DNA of 56,898 bases, counting the filler, from Sandaracinaceae bacterium (GTDB taxonomy: Bacteria > Myxococcota_A > Polyangia > Polyangiales > JADJQN01): NCBI GenBank assembly GCA_947483975.1. It is 3 parts of 3 records of this genome, joined end to end, with 100 filler letters (N's around TTAATTAATTAA, not from the genome) between each part and the next. Parts side by side here need not be neighbours in the genome. Positions count along the whole stretch, not along the records: positions 38,064 to 56,898 come from CANKOL010000063.1; 2 more parts are not named here. The stretch is one strand, 5' to 3'. Numbering within the stretch: position 1 is the stretch's first letter; each line of letters starts with the position of its first letter. This document shows positions 49,576-56,898 of the stretch, one piece after another. The translations under genes were made by a program, and so were the position numbers. The notes below the pieces were generated by a model. That model saw only the letters and a list, made by a program, of their open reading frames with translations, was not told the DNA's origin and did not search any database.

Positions 49576-50582
49576 GTGCCCCGCGCGGAACGTCGCGGCG
49601 CGCTCGCCATCTGTCTGCCGCGCTGCTCTCGCTCGCGGCAGCGAGCGGCGCCCTCGGCTGTGGCTCGGAGACCACTCCCCATCGCCCGGATGGAGGCTCC
49701 TCCGCGGACGCGGGCCCGCTCGACGCGGGCGACCCGTCGCTCGACGCGGACCTCTCCGACGCCGGCGCGCTCGACGCGGAGACTCCCGCAGATGCAGGTT
49801 CCTTCGATGGGGGAGGGGCCTCGCGCTGCACGGTCACGCCGACGTCCGTGGCGTGTCCGCACGAGACGACGACCGTCTCCACGGGCGCGGCGCTGCCGCT
49901 CCGGCACGTGCACTTCCAGGTCCCGCTCGGTACCCCGCCCGTGACTGGCTTCCCTGTCGTGATCGCGTTCCAGGGCACGGCGCTCCCGGCGGCGCTCACC
50001 TGGGCGGGCGCGAGCACGGATCCCTACGGCATGTATTACCAAGCCCTCGTCGTCGCGCGGTTGCTCGATGCGGGCTACGCGGTCCTGACGCCTGAGACTG
50101 CCAATGATGGCGCGTCGTATTACGACACCAACGTCCCCCTCTATTCGACCGCCTGGGAGACCGCGCCCGATCATCAGCTGATGCTCGGGATCTTCGCCGG
50201 GATCGAAGCGGGAGATTTCGGTCCGCTGAATCCCTCGGCGCTGTTCGCGGTCGGCTTCTCGAGCGGCGGCTACATGACGAGCCGAATGGCCGTCTCGTAT
50301 CCGGGTCGCTTCCGGTCGCTCGCGATCCAGTCGGCGTCCTACGCGACGTGCGGCGGTGCGCTCTGCACGGTTCCGGCGACGCTGCCGGCGGACCATCCGC
50401 CGACGCTGTTCCTCCACGGCGGCGCCGATACCTTCGTGCCGATGGCGACGATGGTCCCCTACGAGGCGCAGCTGCGCGCGCAGGGTATCGCGACGCGCAT
50501 CGTCACAGAGTCGACGCGTGGGCACGAGTGGCTACCCGCCTCGCCTGACGAGGTGCTCGCCTGGTTCGACGCGTCCCGCTGA
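49572..50582 (+). CDS. Lipoprotein extracellular mcl-PHA depolymerase-like hydrolase
   Basis: GTG 49572 overlaps the phaZ stop; lipobox ALGC plus DAG linker; GFSSGGYMTSRMAVSYPG...SYATC.G.LC.VP..LPADHPPTLFLHG..D...GHEW, closely recalling Pseudomonas fluorescens GK13 PhaZ. Confidence 0.8.
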   Translation: MSAPRGTSRRARHLSAALLSLAAASGALGCGSETTPHRPDGGSSADAGPLDAGDPSLDADLSDAGALDAETPADAGSFDGGGASRCTVTPTSVACPHETTTVSTGAALPLRHVHFQVPLGTPPVTGFPVVIAFQGTALPAALTWAGASTDPYGMYYQALVVARLLDAGYAVLTPETANDGASYYDTNVPLYSTAWETAPDHQLMLGIFAGIEAGDFGPLNPSALFAVGFSSGGYMTSRMAVSYPGRFRSLAIQSASYATCGGALCTVPATLPADHPPTLFLHGGADTFVPMATMVPYEAQLRAQGIATRIVTESTRGHEWLPASPDEVLAWFDASR

Positions 50583-50636
50583 CCCACGGGTGCGCGCCCC
50601 TCTGAGCGCCCTGCGCACGCGAACACGGAGGCTCCG

Positions 50637-52277
50637 ATGACGAGTTGTCCCTACGCACACGGCCTCGACAAGAACCTCGCGAACTACACGCCGCTGACGC
50701 CGCTCACGTTCCTCGACAGGTCGGCGTACGTCTATCCGGACCGCCTGTCCCTGATCCACGGGCAACGCCGCTACACCTGGGCTGAGACGTACGCGCGCAG
50801 TCGTCGGCTCGCGTCGGCGCTCGTGCTCGCCAACATCGTGGTCGGAGACACGGTGTCCGTGATGCTCAACAACACTCCAGAGATGTTCGAGTGTCACTTC
50901 GGCGTGCCGATGGCGGGCGCCGTGCTGAACACGCTCAACACGCGCCTCGACGCCGAAGCGCTGGCCTTCATGCTGAATCACGCCGAGACCAAGGCGCTGA
51001 TCACCGACCGCGAGTACTCCCCGATCGTCGAGCGAGCGCTGCAGTCGCTCGGGCGCGATATCCTCGTGATCGACGTCGATGATCCCGAGTACGAAGGCGT
51101 CGGGATGCGCCTCGGGCAGCTCGAATACGAGGCGTTCCTGTCGAGCGGAGATCCCTCGTTCGCCTGGAAGAACCCCGCGGATGAGTGGGACGCGATCTCG
51201 CTCAACTACACCTCGGGCACGACGGGGAATCCGAAGGGCGTCGTCTATCACCATCGAGGTGCGTATCTCAATGCGCTCTCGAACATCGTCTCTTGGGGGA
51301 TGCCGCCGCAGTCGGTGTACCTGTGGACGCTGCCGATGTTCCACTGCAACGGCTGGTGTTTTGCGTGGACGATGGCCGCGAATTCGGGGACGAACGTCTG
51401 CCTGCGGCGCGTCGAGCCGAAGCTGATCTTCGACGCGATTCGGGAGCACAAGGTGAGCCACTACTGCGGCGCGCCCATCGTGCACTCCCTGCTGATCAAC
51501 GCACCGGCGGAGCTACGCAAGGGCATCGAGCACCGGGTGTGCGCCCTCGTCGCTGCGGCGCCGCCTCCCGCCGCGGTGATCGAGGGAATGGGCACGATCG
51601 GCTTCGACATCACGCACGTCTATGGGCTGACGGAGACGTACGGGCCTGCCGCGGTATGCGCGAAGCACGAGGAGTGGCTGGAGCTTCCGCTCGACGAGCA
51701 GGTGCGCCTCAACGGGCGACAGGGCGTCCGCTATCACTGCGAGGAGGGCCTCTCCGTCCTCGACCCGGAGACGATGGAGCCTGTGCCGCGCGACGGCGCG
51801 ACGATGGGCGAGGTGATGTTTCGCGGCAACATCGTGATGAAGGGCTACTTGAAGAACCCCGACGCGACCGCCGAGGCGTTTCGGGGTGGCTGGTATCACA
51901 CGGGTGATCTCGCCGTGATGCAGCCTGACGGCTACGTGAAGATCATGGACCGCAGCAAGGACGTGATCATCTCGGGCGGCGAGAACATCTCGTCGATCGA
52001 GGTCGAGGACATCCTCTATCGACACCCCGCAGTGCTCGCCGCTGCGGTCGTCGCGACGCCGGATCCGAAGTGGGGCGAGGTGCCGTGCGCGTTCATCGAG
52101 GTGCGCGAGGGCGTGACCGTCACGGCGTACGAGCTGCGGGCGTTTTGTCGCGAGCGAATGGCGCACTTCAAGGTGCCCAAGAGCTTCGTCTTCGAGGCGC
52201 TCCCGAAGACCTCGACCGGCAAGGTGCAGAAGTACCTGCTGCGCGAGCGCGCGAAGTCGACCGCCGTCTTCGAGTAG
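50637..52277 (+). CDS. Short/medium-chain acyl-CoA synthetase (PRK08162-like)
   Basis: ANY.PLTPL.FL.R, YTSGTTGNPKG, LWTLPMFHCNGW, YGLTE.YGP, DR.KD.IISGGENISS, LPKTSTGKVQK; GGAGG RBS. Confidence 0.93.
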   Translation: MTSCPYAHGLDKNLANYTPLTPLTFLDRSAYVYPDRLSLIHGQRRYTWAETYARSRRLASALVLANIVVGDTVSVMLNNTPEMFECHFGVPMAGAVLNTLNTRLDAEALAFMLNHAETKALITDREYSPIVERALQSLGRDILVIDVDDPEYEGVGMRLGQLEYEAFLSSGDPSFAWKNPADEWDAISLNYTSGTTGNPKGVVYHHRGAYLNALSNIVSWGMPPQSVYLWTLPMFHCNGWCFAWTMAANSGTNVCLRRVEPKLIFDAIREHKVSHYCGAPIVHSLLINAPAELRKGIEHRVCALVAAAPPPAAVIEGMGTIGFDITHVYGLTETYGPAAVCAKHEEWLELPLDEQVRLNGRQGVRYHCEEGLSVLDPETMEPVPRDGATMGEVMFRGNIVMKGYLKNPDATAEAFRGGWYHTGDLAVMQPDGYVKIMDRSKDVIISGGENISSIEVEDILYRHPAVLAAAVVATPDPKWGEVPCAFIEVREGVTVTAYELRAFCRERMAHFKVPKSFVFEALPKTSTGKVQKYLLRERAKSTAVFE

Positions 52278-52281
52278 GCCG

Positions 52282-53103
52282 CTAGGCGCGCCCGGCGCCC
52301 GCGAACTGCGGGCTCCGCTCGAGCTGCGCGAGCGCGTCGCTCGGCGCGTCGCTCGGGAAGGGCGCAGAGGACCGCCGTACGCGCTCGAGCCAGCGCGCTT
52401 CGAGCGGATTCTGAACATCAGAGGGCGAGACGGCTGCGTAAGTGCTGTGCTTCTCCTCGCCGATCGGCACGCCGACGCCTACGTAGAAGCCCGCGAGGAG
52501 CAGCGCCGAGCGCGTCGCCGTCGCGCCGCTGTAGGTGTGCACGGTGCAGCCCGCGCGACAGAGACGGCGCAGCGCGCGAAACGCCGTCAGCGTCCAGAGC
52601 GTGGGATTGGCGCGGGGCGAAAACGGGTCCCAATAGACGATATCGGCGGCCTCCGCGGCCTCCGAAGAGAGGGAGTCTGGGAGCTCGCCAGGGCAGAATC
52701 GCCACGTGGTGCGCGGCGTGTCGTGCGAGCCGTGGGCGAGCAATGCGTGTGCGGCGACGCCCGGCGCGCCGTCGAGCGCGAAGTCGCCCGCGTGCTCGAG
52801 CGCGAGCGCGAGCGCGTCGGCGGTGCGGTCGAAGCTGACGATGCGGAGGCGACGCGCGTCAGGCGGGAGTGCCTCCGAGACGCGCCAGGCGGCGAGCGCG
52901 TTGGACCCCGCGCCGAGTCCGACGTCGAGCAAAACGAGCGGTCCCGCCGCAGGCTCTGCGAGGCGCTCCGCGAGGCGGGAAGGGTCGACGTAGAGCCTGC
53001 GCGACTCGACGAGGGGCCCGACGACGGGGTGCATCACCTCGCCTGTCTCGTGATCGAGCACGGCGCGCGCGCCGCCGCGCGTCGTCACGACCTCGCACTT
53101 CAT
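52282..53103 (-). CDS. Stand-alone MnmC-type (MnmD / DUF752-like) SAM-dependent methyltransferase
   Basis: GEVMHP, DVGLGAG.N, WDPFSP..NP.LW, TYS..T..R..L..AGF; ATGA overlap with tgt. Confidence 0.8.
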   Translation of the reverse strand: MKCEVVTTRGGARAVLDHETGEVMHPVVGPLVESRRLYVDPSRLAERLAEPAAGPLVLLDVGLGAGSNALAAWRVSEALPPDARRLRIVSFDRTADALALALEHAGDFALDGAPGVAAHALLAHGSHDTPRTTWRFCPGELPDSLSSEAAEAADIVYWDPFSPRANPTLWTLTAFRALRRLCRAGCTVHTYSGATATRSALLLAGFYVGVGVPIGEEKHSTYAAVSPSDVQNPLEARWLERVRRSSAPFPSDAPSDALAQLERSPQFAGAGRA

Positions 53104-54254
53104 GTGGGGGACTCGCTCGCGCCGATACGCCGATCACTGTGCTCGTGTCGGTCGATCGCCTCGAGTTTCGTCTTCGCCCAAGGGGCGAAGTGACCCGCTT
53201 CGATGGCGGCCCGCGCGTCGGACATCAGCGAGTGATAGTGGTGCAGGTTGTGCACCGAGAGGAGCCGCGGGCCGAGTGGTTCGGCGCACTTCGCGAGGTG
53301 ATGCAGGTAGGCGCGGGAGAAGCGCGCGCAGGTCGGGCAGGCGCACGCGGCGTCGAGCGGGACGTCCTGCGTCGCGTGATAGGCGCGCGTGAGCTTGACG
53401 CGCCCCGTCGAGGTGAACGCCGTGCTCTGCCAAGCGAGGTGCGTCGGGAGGATGCAATCGAACATATCGACGCCCGCGAGCATCGCTTGGAGCAGGTCGG
53501 GCGGAGTGCCGACGCCCATCAGATAGCGAGGTCGATCCGCGGGCAGGAGGTCAGTCGCCATCGCCGTGATCTGCTCGCGATCGGCCCGAGTGTCCCCGAC
53601 GGCGAGTCCCCCGAGCGCGAAGCCGTCGAACGCGTGCGCGGTGAGAAACGCGGCCGATTCGCGGCGCAAGTCGGGCACGACGCCGCCCTGCACGATGGCG
53701 AAGAGCGCCTGGGTGTCGTTCTGTCGGGCGGCGAGGCTGCGCACGGCCCAACGGTGCGTGCGCTCCATCGCGGCGCGCATGGACTTCTCATCAGAGGTGG
53801 AGTCGAGACAGACGTCGAGCACCATCATCAGATCAGAGCCAATCGCCGTCTGCACCTCGATAGATTTCTCCGGCGAGAGGAGGTGGAAGCTCTGATCGAT
53901 GTAGCTGCGAAACCGCGCACCACGCTCGTTGATCGTGCGGTCGCCCGGCAGCGAGAAGATCTGATATCCGCCCGAGTCCGTCAGGACGGGGCCATCCCAG
54001 CCCATGAAGGCGTGAATCCCGCCGACCCGTCGAAACAGCTCCACGCCAGGGCGCAACATCAGATGATAGGTGTTGCCGAGCAGCACCTGCGCGCCTGCCG
54101 CGCGGAGGTCGTCGGGCGTCAGTCCCGTGACCGTCGCGCGGGTGCCGACGGTCATGAAGACGGGAGTCTCGATCCGCCCGTGCGGCGTGGTGAGCGTGCC
54201 GCGGCGCGCGCGGGACTCGCGGTCGACCGCGCTCACGGTGAAGGGGAGGGGCAT
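53100..54254 (-). CDS. tgt: tRNA-guanine transglycosylase family protein (divergent)
   Basis: ETPVFM.VGT, NTYHL, TDSGGYQ, QGG, GGLAVG, PRYLMGVG, DMFDC, C.C..C...HN zinc site. Confidence 0.9.
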   Translation of the reverse strand: MPLPFTVSAVDRESRARRGTLTTPHGRIETPVFMTVGTRATVTGLTPDDLRAAGAQVLLGNTYHLMLRPGVELFRRVGGIHAFMGWDGPVLTDSGGYQIFSLPGDRTINERGARFRSYIDQSFHLLSPEKSIEVQTAIGSDLMMVLDVCLDSTSDEKSMRAAMERTHRWAVRSLAARQNDTQALFAIVQGGVVPDLRRESAAFLTAHAFDGFALGGLAVGDTRADREQITAMATDLLPADRPRYLMGVGTPPDLLQAMLAGVDMFDCILPTHLAWQSTAFTSTGRVKLTRAYHATQDVPLDAACACPTCARFSRAYLHHLAKCAEPLGPRLLSVHNLHHYHSLMSDARAAIEAGHFAPWAKTKLEAIDRHEHSDRRIGASESPT

Positions 54255-54301
54255 CGGGCGCGCAACCTAGCAGGCTGCAACGTAGGCGCGCGGTCGAGCC
54301 C

Positions 54302-54994
54302 TCATGGACACGCGTCGGACGCGCTCTCGACGACGGGCACGTCGACCGCGCCGACGAGCGAGATGCCGCTGTCGCCGAAGACGTCACAGTCGTCGAGCGT
54401 GACGTCGAACGTCGCGCTGAAGCGCCCGCCTCGCACGAGTGAGAGTTGGTCGATGACGACGGTGCCGACGCCGCAAGGGCCGACCGTCACGCTCGGTGCG
54501 TCGGTGCGGACGTAGACCAAGCTGAGCGGTGAGCTCAGGTCTGCATAGAGCACGTTCACCCCGACGGTGATCGAGCCCTCGGCGACGCTCGCTGCGGCGA
54601 AGCGCACTTCGAGGCGCTCGCCGTCGGTGAGACCGCAGCCGCCCTCCGTGAGCCCGACGACGAGCTCGGGGCGGGCGCACGACTCTCGATCCCAGCGCGC
54701 GGTGACCTGAGTCGGGAGGAAGCCCGAAGGCCGCGTCAGGGAGCTCCCGGTGCGGGGGAAGGCCGCGCAAAAACCGCCCAGCCCCGAGTCGAGGCTCGCG
54801 TCGGCGTGCCCGCCGTCGAAGCTGACGCTGAGGTCGACCGGGCCGCCGTCGGTCGGAGGCGGCACGCAAAACGGCACGCACGGTCCGACGCTGCCGTCGA
54901 GGCCCGGTGCCGGCGGCGGATGTGCCGGCGGGTCGCCGCAGCCGAGGAGCGTCGCGCAGAGCAAGGCGAGCGAAACGGTCGCTGGGCGGAGCAT
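54302..54994 (-). CDS. Hypothetical lipoprotein
   Basis: Lipobox LLGC, Pro/DGG linker, beta-rich Cys-containing body. Confidence 0.7.
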   Translation of the reverse strand: MLRPATVSLALLCATLLGCGDPPAHPPPAPGLDGSVGPCVPFCVPPPTDGGPVDLSVSFDGGHADASLDSGLGGFCAAFPRTGSSLTRPSGFLPTQVTARWDRESCARPELVVGLTEGGCGLTDGERLEVRFAAASVAEGSITVGVNVLYADLSSPLSLVYVRTDAPSVTVGPCGVGTVVIDQLSLVRGGRFSATFDVTLDDCDVFGDSGISLVGAVDVPVVESASDACP

Positions 54995-55040
54995 GGGAGC
55001 AGCCTATCACCCGGCGCGTGACGGGGCGCCCCGGCGGCGT

Positions 55041-56897
55041 CTACTCGGCTTTGGGCGGCCGCACCGAGTGCGCGAGCTGCCGCTCGACGACGCGCAGCAA
55101 CTCGCCCGGATCGACGGGCTTCGCGAGATAGGCGTCGACGCCCGCGTCGAAGCCGCGCAGCCGATCGATGCGCTCGTCCTTCGAAGTGACCATCACGATC
55201 GGGACGTCGCGGTAGGCGTCTGTCGCGCGCAGGCGGCGCGTCACCTCGTAGCCGTCGACCCTCGGCATCACGACGTCGGTCGAGACGAGCGCGAAGTGTG
55301 TGCGCTCGGCGAGGGCGAGCGCCTCCTCGCCGTCGCGCGCGACCGTCACTGCGTAGCCCGCCGTCTCGAGCGTGCGGCGCATCATCTCGCGGACCACGTC
55401 GGCGTCTTCGGCGACGAGGATCTGCACGCGAGCGCTGCCCGTGCTCTGCGCGGGCTTCGCCGTGGCGTCACGGCCGACGGCGCGTCGCTCGCGCGGCGCG
55501 GTCGGCGCGGGGCGGCGCAGCGCGCCTGATTGCACCATGCCGATCAGCGTCGGCACGTCGAGGATCAGCACGGGGCTGTCACCGACGAGCGTCGCCCCCG
55601 CTGCGCCCGGTACGCGCGCGAGGAGGCTCCCGAGCGTCTTCAGGACGATCTCCTGCCGACCGAGGAAGCCATCGCACGCGAGCCCCCACACCTGCCCGCC
55701 CAGGTCCACGAAGACCACGGGCACGAGGTCGGGCGCGCCGTCGCTCCCCACGAGACCGAGCGCGTCGCGTAGGCGCACGAGCGGCACATCGCGCTCACCA
55801 TCGTGCAGCACCTCGCGGTCCACCACGACGCGCACATCGCTCGCGGGCGCTGCGATGCTCCGGGTGACGAGATCGATGGGAATCGCGAGCGTCTGACCCG
55901 CGCAGCGCACGAGCAGGACCTGGATGATCGCGAGCGTCAGCGGCAAGCGAATCTCGAAGCGAGTGCCGCCTCCGGGGTTCGACTGCACGCTGACCGTGCC
56001 CTTGAGCCGCGAGATGGTCTCCCGCACTACGTCCATCCCGACGCCCCGCCCAGAGACGTCCGAGACCGTCTTTGCCGTCGAGAAACCTGGGCGAAAGATC
56101 AGATCGAAGATCTGCGTGTCCTCGAGGTGCGCGGCTTGCTCGGGCGTGACGAGCCCTTGCTCGATAGCCTTCTCGCGGACCCTCGCGGTGTTGATGCCCG
56201 CGCCGTCGTCCTCGATGGTGACGACGATCTGATTGCCCCGATGCTTCGCGCCGAAGCGCAGCACGCCCTCGGCGTTCTTCCCTTTTTGGACGCGGTCTGC
56301 GGGCGCCTCGACGCCGTGATCCACGGCGTTGCGGACGAGGTGCATGAACGGATCGTCGAGCTGCTCGACGAGCACCTTGTCGAGCTCCGTCTCGCCGCCG
56401 ACGAGCTCGAGGCGCACCTGCTTGCCGAGCGAGCGCGCGACCTCGCGCACGGTGCGGTGATATTTCTGCCAGGCGCGTCCGATCGGCACCATGCGCAGCT
56501 TCATCACCTGATCGCGCAGCTCGCCGCTGACGAAGTCGAGCTGCTGGCTCGCGCCGTCGATCTCCTGCGTGAGCTGATCGAACGCGCGCTGCACGCGCGA
56601 GAGCTCGGTGCCGAGGTCCTGCGAGCGGATGCCGCCGCGCAGCGCGCTCGACGCCTTCGCGCGCATCGCAGCGCTCGCGTGCTTGCGCTGCACGTCGAGC
56701 TCGCGCCCGAGCGAGCCGAGCCCCTCGACGCTGCCTCCGAGGCGCCCCTTCGCGAGCACGAGCTCGCCGACGAGGTTCATCAGCAGGTCGAGCTTGTCGA
56801 AGTCGATGCGCAGCGTCTGCTTCGCGGCGTCCTGCGCGGCGACCGCAGCGGCCTTGGCCGACGGGCCCGGCGCTGCGTCCGCGTCGTGCGCCGCAGA
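55041..56897 (-). CDS. cheA: Hybrid chemosensory kinase CheA-CheW-REC, 5'-truncated by window edge
   Basis: RID..KLD.LMNLVGEL, HLVRNAVDHG, DDGAG, GFST....SGRGVGMDVV, LPLTLAI, CheW domain, and REC domain (ED, D..MP, K.V). Confidence 0.94.
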   Translation of the reverse strand, partial: SAAHDADAAPGPSAKAAAVAAQDAAKQTLRIDFDKLDLLMNLVGELVLAKGRLGGSVEGLGSLGRELDVQRKHASAAMRAKASSALRGGIRSQDLGTELSRVQRAFDQLTQEIDGASQQLDFVSGELRDQVMKLRMVPIGRAWQKYHRTVREVARSLGKQVRLELVGGETELDKVLVEQLDDPFMHLVRNAVDHGVEAPADRVQKGKNAEGVLRFGAKHRGNQIVVTIEDDGAGINTARVREKAIEQGLVTPEQAAHLEDTQIFDLIFRPGFSTAKTVSDVSGRGVGMDVVRETISRLKGTVSVQSNPGGGTRFEIRLPLTLAIIQVLLVRCAGQTLAIPIDLVTRSIAAPASDVRVVVDREVLHDGERDVPLVRLRDALGLVGSDGAPDLVPVVFVDLGGQVWGLACDGFLGRQEIVLKTLGSLLARVPGAAGATLVGDSPVLILDVPTLIGMVQSGALRRPAPTAPRERRAVGRDATAKPAQSTGSARVQILVAEDADVVREMMRRTLETAGYAVTVARDGEEALALAERTHFALVSTDVVMPRVDGYEVTRRLRATDAYRDVPIVMVTSKDERIDRLRGFDAGVDAYLAKPVDPGELLRVVERQLAHSVRPPKAE

Positions 56898-56898
56898 C

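Overview
Very GC-rich DNA with a myxobacterial gene repertoire (Myxococcota, probably Polyangiales/Sandaracinaceae-like; inferred from DUF2378, TIGR04551, AgmX/PglI-type domains and Cys-rich 'DAG'-linker lipoproteins). The window is three assembly segments (1-19020, 19121-37963, 38064-56898) joined by artificial N-TTAATTAATTAA-N linkers, so gene order across the gaps is not informative. It holds about 49 CDS, including gshB, a LeuB-like dehydrogenase, trxB, a PpiD/SurA-like foldase, an M16 peptidase, YqeY, tgt and a partial CheA-REC. I saw no rRNA, tRNA, CRISPR array or mobile element. Highlights: (1) An 11-gene co-oriented cluster (39998-52277) joins a TIGR04551 outer-membrane barrel, two paralogous lipoproteins and a lipoprotein hydrolase to a mini-PhaE, class III PhaC, intracellular PhaZ, a lipid-anchored mcl-PHA depolymerase, a SatP-type channel and two acyl-CoA ligases, with no phaA/phaB. 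It is a candidate system for scavenging external or prey polyester and re-polymerising it. (2) Two tandem paralogues (24363-28704) appear to fuse ExbB/TolQ-like helices, two ExbD/TolR-like domains and an AgmX/PglI (TonB-C-like) domain in one chain. (3) A large lipoprotein esterase (1670-4489) appears circularly permuted. (4) A divergent TGT is translationally coupled to a stand-alone MnmC-type methyltransferase. All family assignments come from recognising motifs by eye; no database search was run.
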